NCBI GenBank assembly: GCA_913055765.1
Contig: CAJXKI010000001.1
Coordinates: 86-64,085 of the forward strand
Reading direction: 5' to 3'
Length of the DNA: 64,000 nt
Source: an uncultured Ectothiorhodospiraceae bacterium
Lineage (GTDB): Bacteria; Pseudomonadota; Gammaproteobacteria; Nitrococcales; Halorhodospiraceae
Positions 55,617 to 64,000 of this stretch are shown here, piece by piece. Position 1 is the first letter of the stretch, and every line of letters starts with the position of its first letter. The translations under genes were made by a program, and so were the position numbers. Under the pieces are notes generated by a model, which made no database searches, was not told the DNA's origin, and saw nothing but the letters and a program-made list of their open reading frames with translations.

Positions 55617-57006
55617 GCGGATCCACTCCGTAGCGCTCCAGGGTCTGCCGCAGGACCCGGTGGTCCGGATCCTGCTCGTGCGCCCGCTGCCAGACGGCCC
55701 GCGCCCGCTCGCGCTCGCCGAGCTCCCATAGCACCTCGCCGAGATGGGCACCGATCTCGGCTTGGGGCTGCTGCTCGAAGGCCCGCTGGAGGGGGTCGCG
55801 GGCCTCCGCCAGCCGCCCCTCGCGGTAGAGGAGCCAGCCCCGGCTATCGAGGAAGGCGGGATTGTCCGGCTCAGCCTCGAGGGCGCGGTCGATCAGCTCG
55901 CGCGCCCTGTCCAGGTCACGGGCGTGATCCGCCAACGTATAGCCCAGGGCATTCAGGACGTAGGGGGCGCCGGGCTCGGCCTCCAGGACACGGCGCAGGT
56001 CCGCCAGGGCGCTGCCCACGTCACCGCGGCCGGCCCGGACCAGGCCCCGGCCGTAGAGCAGCTCCGTGTCGCCAGGGGCCTCCGCGAGCCCGCGGTCGTA
56101 GGCCGCTTCGGCCTCGCCCAGCCGCCCGGCCTGCCGGAGGATCTCCCCCTCCACGAGGGCCGCCTGGGGCAGGAGCTCGGGCTGCGCCTCGCGCAGGCGC
56201 TGCAGCGTCGCCAGGGCCTCCTCGAGGGCCACGGCCTCGGCCCGGCGCGCCCGGGAGAGTGCCTGCAGGAGGGCCTTACCCGCCTCCCGGTCCGAGGGCG
56301 CGAGCTCGAAGGCGCGCTCCGCCGCTGCCAGCGCCCGGGCGGGCGCATCGGCCCACCCGGCGGCGGCGGCAACCGCCCGGTGGGCCTCCGGCACGTCCGG
56401 ATAGCTCTGGGCCAGCTCGCTGAGCACGCCCAGGGCCACTTCTGGCTCGCTATCTGGGCCCAGCAGGGTCGTAAGCTGCAAGAAGGCCTGGCCGGGCGTG
56501 CCTGGCCAGCGCTCGATAACCTGCCCCAGCGACTCCCGAGCGGCCTCGCCGTCGCCGCGGCGCAGCGCCAGCAGGCCGAGGAGCTGGTACGCCTCGGCCC
56601 GCTCCGGGGCAAGCTCCCGCCAGCGCTGCGCCGCTGCCCGGGCACTACCCTCCTCCTCCAGCACGAGGCTGAGCTCCACGGCCCGCTCGGCGACGCGCTG
56701 ATCCGGGGTCAGCGCCATGGCCGCCAGGTACGCCTCCAGGGCGCGATCGAACTGCTCCCGGCGGGCAGCGATCTCGGCGACGAGGAGGTGCTGGATGGCG
56801 CGGTCCCGGTCCGTCCGCTCCCAGGGTGGCGGCTCCGGGCCGGCGGCCTCAGGCAGCGCCGGCGTGCCGCCCTCCCCGGATGGCCCGGTCGCCGGGCCAG
56901 CGCATCCAGCGAGGAGCCCGCTGAGCAGGAGCGCCCAGGGCCACAGGCGGCGGGCTCGGGCCGGGTGGGCCGGCGATCGGGGGGGAGGCGGCATAGGCTC
57001 GGACAT
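55606..57006 (-). CDS. TPR lipoprotein
   Basis: LAGC lipobox, LNALGYTLAD, DSRGW, AHLGEVLW; conserved position divergent from hemA. Confidence 0.9.
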   Translation of the reverse strand: MSEPMPPPPRSPAHPARARRLWPWALLLSGLLAGCAGPATGPSGEGGTPALPEAAGPEPPPWERTDRDRAIQHLLVAEIAARREQFDRALEAYLAAMALTPDQRVAERAVELSLVLEEEGSARAAAQRWRELAPERAEAYQLLGLLALRRGDGEAARESLGQVIERWPGTPGQAFLQLTTLLGPDSEPEVALGVLSELAQSYPDVPEAHRAVAAAAGWADAPARALAAAERAFELAPSDREAGKALLQALSRARRAEAVALEEALATLQRLREAQPELLPQAALVEGEILRQAGRLGEAEAAYDRGLAEAPGDTELLYGRGLVRAGRGDVGSALADLRRVLEAEPGAPYVLNALGYTLADHARDLDRARELIDRALEAEPDNPAFLDSRGWLLYREGRLAEARDPLQRAFEQQPQAEIGAHLGEVLWELGERERARAVWQRAHEQDPDHRVLRQTLERYGVDPHAW

Positions 57007-57105
57007 TTTTTCGCAGCGGCAGCGCTTTACCTGAGCGCTCGCAGTTCGTAATAATCCGTGTAGTTACCTGATGGTGCCCTAACGCAGCCTAATGACGCCA
57101 GACTC

Positions 57106-58458
57106 ATGCCACTATTTGCGATCGGACTCAACCACGACAGTGCACCCGTAGCGATCCGGGAGAGCCTGGCGTTCAACGCCGACACGCTCGGGGAGGCGCT
57201 CCAGGACGCGAAGAACGAGACCGGTGCGGACGAGGTGGCGATCCTGTCCACCTGCAACCGTACCGAGATCTACATCCGATTGCCGCATACCGACCCCGAG
57301 GTGGTCATCGGCTGGCTGACCCGCCGGCAGCGGGTCGAGCTGCACAGGGTGCGCCCGCACCTCTACGTGCGGCGCAGCACCGACGCCATGCGGCACCTGA
57401 TGCGTGTCTCGGCCGGGCTCGACTCCCTGGTCCTGGGCGAGCCCCAGATCCTCGGCCAGGTCAAGGACGCCTACCACAAGGCTGCCAGTGCGGGGAGCCT
57501 CGGGGCCGTCCTGGAGCGGCTGTTCCAGCACGCCTTCTCGGTGGCCAAGCAGGTCCGTACCGATACGGATATCGGCTCCAACCCCATCTCGGTGGCCTTC
57601 GCCGCCGTGACCATGGCCAAGCAGATCTTCGATGATTTCCACAAGCGCACCGCCGTCCTGGTCGGGGCCGGCGAGACCATCGAGCTGGTGGCGCGCCACC
57701 TGACCCAGCAGGGGCTCGGCCGCGTCCTGGTGGCCAACCGCAACGTCGAGCGCGCCAAGCGACTAGCCGAGGCCCACGACGGCGAGGCCATGAGCCTCAA
57801 CGACCTCTCGCGGCGGCTGCACGAGGCCGACGTGGTCGTCTCCTCCACCGGCAGCAGCCTGCCCATCCTGGGCAAGGGCACGGTAGAGCGTGCGGTCCGG
57901 TCACGCCGGCACAAGCCGATGTTCATGCTCGACCTCGCCGTACCGCGGGACATCGAGCCCGAGGCCGGCGAGATGGACGACGTCTACCTCTACACGGTGG
58001 ACGACCTGCGCGATGTCGTGGCGGAGAACATGCGCTCCCGCCAGGAGGCCGCGGCCCAGGCCGAGGCCATCGTCGACCAGCAGGTCCGCCACTACCTGGA
58101 GTGGCGCCGGGCACGGGACGCCGGGGAGGCCATTCGCACCTTCCGCGACCGGGCGCACAGCTACGCCCGGGCTACGCGCGCCCAGGCGGAGCGGCAGCTG
58201 GCCCGGGGCGATGACCCCCATGAGGTCATCGAGTGGCTGACGCACACCCTGACCCGCCGGCTGATCCACGCGCCCACCGTAGGCCTGCGGGCCGCGGCCG
58301 CCACCGGCGACCGCACACGGATCCAGCACGCGCTGGAGACCCTAGCCATCGAACAACAGGTTGCAGAGACGAGGTCCGGTGAAGGCGACGATTCGGAACA
58401 AGCTGGAGCGGATGGCGGAGAGGCACGAGGAGATCGCCGCGCAGCTAGCGGATCCTGA
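57106..58458 (+). CDS. hemA: Glutamyl-tRNA reductase
   Basis: [31 protein letters not shown]. Confidence 0.97.
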   Translation: MPLFAIGLNHDSAPVAIRESLAFNADTLGEALQDAKNETGADEVAILSTCNRTEIYIRLPHTDPEVVIGWLTRRQRVELHRVRPHLYVRRSTDAMRHLMRVSAGLDSLVLGEPQILGQVKDAYHKAASAGSLGAVLERLFQHAFSVAKQVRTDTDIGSNPISVAFAAVTMAKQIFDDFHKRTAVLVGAGETIELVARHLTQQGLGRVLVANRNVERAKRLAEAHDGEAMSLNDLSRRLHEADVVVSSTGSSLPILGKGTVERAVRSRRHKPMFMLDLAVPRDIEPEAGEMDDVYLYTVDDLRDVVAENMRSRQEAAAQAEAIVDQQVRHYLEWRRARDAGEAIRTFRDRAHSYARATRAQAERQLARGDDPHEVIEWLTHTLTRRLIHAPTVGLRAAAATGDRTRIQHALETLAIEQQVAETRSGEGDDSEQAGADGGEARGDRRAASGS

Positions 58459-59473
58459 GATTGTCGGCGATTCCTCGCAGTTCGCTGAGCTCTCCCGCGA
58501 ATACGCCCGGCTAGAGCCCGTCGTCCAGGACCTGAAGGCCTACCGCGAGGCGACCGAGGAGGTCGCCAACGCGGAGGCCATGCTCGGCGACAGCGATCCC
58601 GATATCCGCGCCATGGCCGAGGACGAGCTGGCCAGGGCGCGGGAGCGGGCCGCTGCGCTCGAGACCCGGCTCCAGGGCCACCTCGTGCCAGAGGATCCCC
58701 ATGACGGGCGCAACGTCTTCCTGGAGATCCGTGCCGGGGCCGGCGGCGACGAGGCCGCCCTCTTCGCCGGGGACCTGCTCCGCATGTACCTGCGCCACGC
58801 CGAGCGCGAGGGCTGGCAGACCGAGGTCCTCTCCGCCCGCGAGGGCGAGCACGGCGGCTACCGGGAGGCTATCGCCCGGATCAGTGGCCGCAACGTCTAC
58901 GGCCGCCTGAAGTTCGAGTCCGGCACCCACCGGGTCCAAAGGGTTCCGGCCACCGAGTCCCAGGGCCGGATCCACACCTCGACCTGCACCGTGGCCATCC
59001 TGCCGGAGCTCGACGAGGTCAGCGCCGTCGAGATCGACCCCAGCGAGCTGCGGGTGGACACCTTCCGCGCCTCGGGCGCCGGCGGGCAGCACGTGAACAC
59101 CACGGAGTCGGCCGTGCGCATCACCCACCACCCTAGCGGGCTGGTGGTGGAGTGCCAGGACGAGCGCTCCCAGAACAGGAACCGCACCAAGGCGATCGCT
59201 CTGCTCCAGGCGCGGCTGACCGAGCAGGAGCAGGCACGCCAGCAGTCCGAGCGCAGCGAGCAGCGGCGCCTGGCCGTCGGCTCCGGGGACCGCTCCGAGC
59301 GCATCCGCACCTACAATTTCCCGCAGGGGCGGGTGACCGACCACCGGATCGGGCTGACGATCTACAGGCTGGAGCAGGTCATGGAGGGCAACCTGGACGA
59401 GCTCCTGGCCACGCTAGCCCAGGAGCACCAGGCCGAAGCCCTCGCGGAGATCGCCGAGGGCCCCGGCCCCTAG
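58379..59473 (+). CDS. prfA: Peptide chain release factor 1
   Basis: PAT anticodon-mimic motif, [17 protein letters not shown] 58379 with GAGG RBS. Confidence 0.97.
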   Translation: MKATIRNKLERMAERHEEIAAQLADPEIVGDSSQFAELSREYARLEPVVQDLKAYREATEEVANAEAMLGDSDPDIRAMAEDELARARERAAALETRLQGHLVPEDPHDGRNVFLEIRAGAGGDEAALFAGDLLRMYLRHAEREGWQTEVLSAREGEHGGYREAIARISGRNVYGRLKFESGTHRVQRVPATESQGRIHTSTCTVAILPELDEVSAVEIDPSELRVDTFRASGAGGQHVNTTESAVRITHHPSGLVVECQDERSQNRNRTKAIALLQARLTEQEQARQQSERSEQRRLAVGSGDRSERIRTYNFPQGRVTDHRIGLTIYRLEQVMEGNLDELLATLAQEHQAEALAEIAEGPGP

Positions 59474-59491
59474 CCCGCCCATGGGCGGGCT
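59472..59491. terminator. Hairpin between convergent prfA and dksA
   Basis: AGCCCGCCC-AT-GGGCGGGCT. Confidence 0.5.
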
Positions 59492-59497
59492 CGGCTG

Positions 59498-59932
59498 TCA
59501 GGCCACGCGCTGGCGCTCCCGGATCTCCTCCAGGGACTTGCAGTCGATGCACAGCGAAGCCGTCGGGCGCGCCTCGAGCCGCCGCAGGCCGATCTCCACC
59601 CCGCACTGCTCGCAGTAGCCGTAGTCGCCCGTACGGATCTTCTCCAGCGCCTGGTCGATCTTCCGGATCAGCTTGCGCTCCCGGTCCCGGGCGCGCAGCT
59701 CAAGGGCGAACTCCTCCTCCTGGGTGGCCCGATCCGAGGGGTCGGCGTGGTTGTTGGCGTCGTCACGCATGTGGTGGACCGTACGCTCCACCTCCTCTTG
59801 GAGCTCACGCTTCCACGCCTCGAGCAGCTGGCGGAAGTGCTCGAGCTGCTCGTCGCTCATGTACTCTTCCTGCTCACCGGGCTGGTAGGGCTCGAAGCCC
59901 TTCACCGGCATCGCATGTCTTGTCGGAGCCAT
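59498..59932 (-). CDS. dksA: RNA polymerase-binding transcription factor DksA
   Basis: EEYM, DPSDRA, four-Cys finger CEQC...CIDC. Confidence 0.96.
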   Translation of the reverse strand: MAPTRHAMPVKGFEPYQPGEQEEYMSDEQLEHFRQLLEAWKRELQEEVERTVHHMRDDANNHADPSDRATQEEEFALELRARDRERKLIRKIDQALEKIRTGDYGYCEQCGVEIGLRRLEARPTASLCIDCKSLEEIRERQRVA

Positions 59933-60043
59933 ACCGCGTCTTCCTCCCTTAAAGCCCCTGCCGCTCTCCGGCGGCGAGGATCTCGAGTCGTGCCTTCTCG
60001 TGGCACGCGATCCGCAGACACTTACACCCAGTATTGACTCGAG

Positions 60044-61129
60044 TCAACTGGACCGGACGGATGCCCGTTCCTCGAGAACGCCCTGGAGCTGCCCGGCAAG
60101 CTGGCGCATGACCTGCTCCGTTGTCGCCCAGTCGATGCAGGCGTCCGTAATCGATACCCCGTACGCCAGCGCCTCGGGGTCGGAGCCGAGCTTCTGCTTG
60201 CCCCACCCTAGATTACTCTCGATCATCACGCCGACAATGGACCGGTTGCCCTCACGGATCTGCCGGGCTACATCCTCCAGCACCATCGCCTGCAGGGCCG
60301 GATCCTTGTTGGAGTTGGAGTGGCTGCAGTCAATGGCCACGCGCTGGGGCATGCCGGCCTCTGCCAGGGCCTGCTCGCAGAGGCGCACGCTAACGGAGTC
60401 GTAGTTCGGCTGCTGGCCGCCGCGCAGCACCACATGGCCGTAGCTGTTGCCGCGGGTACGGATGATGGTGATCCTCCCCTCCTGATCGATGCCCAGGAAG
60501 CTGTGTGGCGAGGCAGCCGACTGCAGGGCGTTGATCGCCACGGTCTGGCTGCCGTCGGTGGCGTTCTTGAAGCCCACCGGCGTGGAGAGGCCGCTGGCAA
60601 GCTCGCGGTGCGTCTGCGACTCGGTGGTCCGTGCACCGATGGCGGTCCAGGAGACCAGGTCGCCGTAGTACTGCGGCGCATAGGGATCGAGCGCCTCGGT
60701 CGCCGTCGGCAGCCCCATGGCGTTAATCTCGCGGAGCAGCTCCCGGCCGATGCGCAGGCCCTCGTCGATCCGGAACGAGTCGTCCATGTCCGGATCGTTG
60801 ATCAGCCCCTTCCAGCCCGTCGTCGTCCGCGGCTTCTCGAAATAGACGCGCATGACGATGTAGACGGAGTCCTTCAGCTCGTCGTGCAGCGCCTTGAGCC
60901 GGCGCGCATAGTCGCGTGCCGCCTCCGTGTCGTGGATCGAGCACGGCCCGACGACGGCGAAGATGCGCTGATCCTCGCCATCGAGGATGTCCCGCAGGAC
61001 CTGGCGGCCCTCCAGCACAGTCCGCCGCGCCTCCTCGGTTAGCGGGACCTCGGCCTTGATCTCGGCCGGGGTAGGAAGACGCTCACCGTTGGCTACGTTG
61101 ACGTCGTTGACGTGATCGCTATCTTGCAT
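60044..61129 (-). CDS. aroG: Class I DAHP synthase (AroF/G/H family)
   Basis: GPCSIHD, YFEKPRTTTGWKG, IGARTTESQ, DCSHSNS, SITDAC; feedback type not assignable. Confidence 0.93.
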   Translation of the reverse strand: MQDSDHVNDVNVANGERLPTPAEIKAEVPLTEEARRTVLEGRQVLRDILDGEDQRIFAVVGPCSIHDTEAARDYARRLKALHDELKDSVYIVMRVYFEKPRTTTGWKGLINDPDMDDSFRIDEGLRIGRELLREINAMGLPTATEALDPYAPQYYGDLVSWTAIGARTTESQTHRELASGLSTPVGFKNATDGSQTVAINALQSAASPHSFLGIDQEGRITIIRTRGNSYGHVVLRGGQQPNYDSVSVRLCEQALAEAGMPQRVAIDCSHSNSNKDPALQAMVLEDVARQIREGNRSIVGVMIESNLGWGKQKLGSDPEALAYGVSITDACIDWATTEQVMRQLAGQLQGVLEERASVRSS

Positions 61130-61326
61130 GTCGATCTCGAGTCGCACCCGCTCGCCTGCGGGGGTGAATGGTCAGTCGACTAATCCTAATCGCGGGTGCT
61201 GAGACCTTCAAGGTGACCTGGTCGAACTGACGCGCCCCTCCGGCTCCCTCGCCGGGCGGCGTATCAGCTCGGGCCGTGACGGCCTCGGGGCTCAGGCGCA
61301 CCCTACGGCCGAAAAGGTCTCAGGCG

Positions 61327-61335
61327 TGGTATACT
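61327..61335 (+). promoter_or_regulatory. Extended -10 element, probably giving a leaderless trm112-prmC-moeB transcript
   Basis: TGGTATACT ends 7 nt before ATG 61343; no SD sequence. Confidence 0.55.
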
Positions 61336-61342
61336 TCCAGAT

Positions 61343-61609
61343 ATGGATAAGAAGCTACTCGACATCCTCTGCTGCCCGGTGACCAAGCGGCCCCTCCAGC
61401 CCCTGCCCACGCAGGAGCTGGAGACGCTCAACCAGCGCATCGGTGAGGGCCAGATCCACTACATGGACGACTCCCCCGTGGAGGCGGCCATGGACGAGGC
61501 CCTGATGACCGACAACGGCAGCCGCATCTACCGCGTGGATGACGGTATCCCCGTGATGCTCGAGGCGCGCAGCATCCCCGGCAAGGCAGCGGGACGCGAC
61601 AGCGCCTAG
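61343..61609 (+). CDS. Trm112 family protein
   Basis: MDKKLLDILCCPVTK...YRVDDGIPVML. Confidence 0.9.
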   Translation: MDKKLLDILCCPVTKRPLQPLPTQELETLNQRIGEGQIHYMDDSPVEAAMDEALMTDNGSRIYRVDDGIPVMLEARSIPGKAAGRDSA

Positions 61610-61613
61610 CACC

Positions 61614-62492
61614 GTGCCGAGCACCGAGGGGACGCGGGCCGTGGCCGGGGCAGGACTGTCGAGGGGCAAGGCCGTACGCGAGGCCGCCGAGGCGCTTGCC
61701 GGCAGCTCCTCGAGCCCCCGGCTTGATGCCGAGCTGCTGCTCACCGATCTGCTCGGCATCCCCTACAGCCACCTCTTCGCCTACCCGGAGCGCTGCCTGG
61801 CGCCCGGGCAGGCCGCTGCCTTCCGCGAGCGCATCGCGCGCCGCGCCGCCGGCGAGCCGGCCGCCTACATCCTCGGCTACTGCGGCTTCCGAGGCCTCGA
61901 CCTCGCCGTCACCCCGGCGGTGCTCGTCCCCCGACCCGAGACCGAGCACGTGGTCGAGCAGGCGATCGCCCGTCTGCCGCACGGCGGCAAGCTGCTCGAT
62001 CCGGGCACGGGCTGCGGTGCCATCGCCCTGGCCGTGGCCGCGGAGCGCCCGGACGCCCGGGTCACGGCCACCGAGCGGTGCCCGGAGGCTCGGGCGGTGG
62101 CGGCAGAGAACCGCGACCGCCTGGGGCTTGCGGGGCGGGTGGCGCTCCATGCTTGCGACTGGGCCGACGGCCTTCCCGAGGGCCCTTTCGACGTCATCGC
62201 CGGTAACCCCCCTTATGTGGAGACAGGCGCCCCGGAGTGGGCGGACGGCGCCCTGGCCCATGAGCCCGAGGCGGCCCTGGCCGCCGGCACCGACGGGCTG
62301 GCCGCCATCCGCAGCCTGCTGCCGCCGGCCGTGGCGGCCCTGGCCCGGGGCAGCGGCACCCTGATCCTCGAGCACGGTGCTGCACAGGGCCCGGCGGTAC
62401 GCCGGCTCCTCGCGGCAAGCGGGCTGACCGGCGTGGCCACGGGGCACGACCTGTCCGGGCAGGAGCGCGTCAGCCACGGGAGGCGGCCATAG
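61614..62492 (+). CDS. prmC: Release factor glutamine methyltransferase
   Basis: GEPAAYILG, PRPETE, DPGTGCGAIA, NPPY, HEP. Confidence 0.95.
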   Translation: MPSTEGTRAVAGAGLSRGKAVREAAEALAGSSSSPRLDAELLLTDLLGIPYSHLFAYPERCLAPGQAAAFRERIARRAAGEPAAYILGYCGFRGLDLAVTPAVLVPRPETEHVVEQAIARLPHGGKLLDPGTGCGAIALAVAAERPDARVTATERCPEARAVAAENRDRLGLAGRVALHACDWADGLPEGPFDVIAGNPPYVETGAPEWADGALAHEPEAALAAGTDGLAAIRSLLPPAVAALARGSGTLILEHGAAQGPAVRRLLAASGLTGVATGHDLSGQERVSHGRRP

Positions 62493-63241
62493 ACGACGAG
62501 CAGCTGCTGCGCTATAGCCGGCAGCTCCTGCTGCCGGAGCTGGGTATCGAGGGCCAGGAGCGCCTCGAGCGCAGCCGGGCGCTGATCATCGGCGCCGGCG
62601 GACTGGGCTCGCCGCTGGCCCTCTACCTCGGCGCCGCCGGGGTGGGCGAGCTGCGCATCGCCGATGACGACGCCGTCGACCTGAGCAACCTGCAGCGGCA
62701 GATCGCCCACCGCGACGACGGCATTGGCCGCGCCAAGGCGGTCTCGGCCGCCGAGGCGGTGACCGCCCGCAACCCGGGGGTCCGCGCCGAGGCGCTGACG
62801 GAGCGGCTACAAGGCGAGGCCCTCGAGCAGGAAGTCGCCGGTGCCGATGTCATCATCGACGCCACCGACAACTTCGCCACCCGCTTCGCCCTCAACGCCG
62901 CCTGCGTCGCCGCCCGGCGGCCGCTGGTCAGCGCCGCGGTGATCCGCTGGGCGTTGCAGGTGACCGCCTTCCGCGCTGGCGGGCAGCCCTGCTACCGGTG
63001 CCTGTACGCGGAAGGGGACGAGCCGCAGCTGAGCTGCAGCGAGACCGGCATCCTCGGCCCGCTGCCGGGCGTAGGCGGCAGCCTCGAGGCCGTAGAGGCG
63101 ATCAAGGTGCTCACCGGCGCCGGGGATCCCCTGTACGGCCGGCTCCTCGTAGTCGACGCCCTGGACATGCGCCTGCGCACCGTCAACGTGCCGGCCGACC
63201 CGTCGTGCCCGGTTTGCGCCGCCGGCGGGGCCGGCGCCTGA
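62489..63241 (+). CDS. moeB: MoeB/ThiF family adenylyltransferase; probable AUA start
   Basis: In-frame xDDEQLLRYSRQLLL..GQERL..IIGAGGLG upstream of the track start; SNLQRQ, CYRC, CPVC. Confidence 0.88.
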   Translation: MDDEQLLRYSRQLLLPELGIEGQERLERSRALIIGAGGLGSPLALYLGAAGVGELRIADDDAVDLSNLQRQIAHRDDGIGRAKAVSAAEAVTARNPGVRAEALTERLQGEALEQEVAGADVIIDATDNFATRFALNAACVAARRPLVSAAVIRWALQVTAFRAGGQPCYRCLYAEGDEPQLSCSETGILGPLPGVGGSLEAVEAIKVLTGAGDPLYGRLLVVDALDMRLRTVNVPADPSCPVCAAGGAGA

Positions 63242-63260
63242 GCCGCCGCCGCGCCGCTGC

Positions 63261-64000
63261 TCAGTGGTAGCTGTCGCTGCCCGGTGGGGCGCTCGCGTCG
63301 GTCAGGACCTGGGTAACGTCCACCCGGTCGTAGCTGTAGAGCGCGCCGCAGAACTCGCAGCGCAGCTCAACGGCGCCCTCCTCTTCCAGGATCTGCTCGA
63401 TCTCCTCGCGGCCGAGCCCGCGCAGGATGGAGGCGATCCGCCCGGAGGAGCAGCGGCAACGGAACGTGTGGCTGCGCGGCTCGAGCACGCGCACCGTCTC
63501 CTGGTGGAAGAGGCGGTGCAGGACCGCGTGGCTGTCGAGCCCCAGCAGCTCCCGGTCGCTGAGGGTCTCGGCGAGGTAGCCGACTCGGTCCCAGGCGTCC
63601 GGATCCTCCGAGGACGCCTGGCCGCTGCTCGGGGGCAGCCACTGGAGGAGCAGGCCCCCGGCCCGCTCGCCGTCGCAGGCCAGGTGCAGCCGCGTCGGGA
63701 TCTGCTCCGAGTCGCGGAAGCAGCCTTCCAATGTCCGGGCCAGGCCGCCCTCGTCCAGCCCGACGACACCCTGGTAGCGCTGCCCCTCTTCCGGCTCGAT
63801 GGTGATCGCCAGCCGGCCCGTGCCGCAGAGGGTCACCAGCCCGCCCTGGCGCGGCTCGCGTTGGTAGCGGACGGTCCCGCGCAGGCTGCCGTCGGCCTCG
63901 GCCTGCACCAGCAGCAGGGAGACCGCGGCCTCCTCCTCGCCCTCGACCTGGAGGCTGAGCGTGCCCTCCGTGCCTAGCGTGGCGCGCATCATCGCCGCGG
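63261..64000 (-). CDS. hslO: Hsp33 redox chaperone (5' end outside the window)
   Basis: YQGVV, SEQIPT, GLLLQ, CRC...CEFC zinc motif. Confidence 0.94.
   Translation of the reverse strand, partial: AAMMRATLGTEGTLSLQVEGEEEAAVSLLLVQAEADGSLRGTVRYQREPRQGGLVTLCGTGRLAITIEPEEGQRYQGVVGLDEGGLARTLEGCFRDSEQIPTRLHLACDGERAGGLLLQWLPPSSGQASSEDPDAWDRVGYLAETLSDRELLGLDSHAVLHRLFHQETVRVLEPRSHTFRCRCSSGRIASILRGLGREEIEQILEEEGAVELRCEFCGALYSYDRVDVTQVLTDASAPPGSDSYH

Overview
High-GC gammaproteobacterial chromosome segment. Gene content, gene order and acidic proteins suggest Ectothiorhodospiraceae, possibly Halorhodospira (inference, not checked). It is mostly core genes: bioA-rsmE-gshB-apbE-yqgE-ruvX-pyrR-pyrB-pyrC'-cnoX; yggS-proC-yggT-yggU-metX-metW; bioBFHCD/comF; rpoZ-spoT-ridA-recG-ubiC-ubiA; rph-rdgB-hemW; yicC-gmk; dxs; TPR-lolB-ispE-tRNA-Gln-prs-rplY-pth-ychF; hemA-prfA; dksA; DAHP synthase; trm112-prmC-moeB; hslO. 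A small accessory-looking tract (methyltransferase, telA pair, YrhK, 7TM-DISM/PAS/GGDEF) sits next to tRNA-Met. I saw no CRISPR array, transposase, integrase or rRNA. Best novel candidate: the ~690-bp gap at 1484-2172. Its minus strand reads as a long Csr/Rsm-type sponge RNA with eight ANGGA motifs, several in hairpin loops, and two duplicated ~105-nt arms closed by the same stem. Other highlights: Trm112 immediately upstream of prmC, a probable AUA start for moeB, an Irr-like regulator followed by a NYN/cold-shock-like fusion, a spermine-synthase-like gene coupled to a deacetylase, several probable leaderless genes, and an apparent inversion separating gmk from rpoZ.
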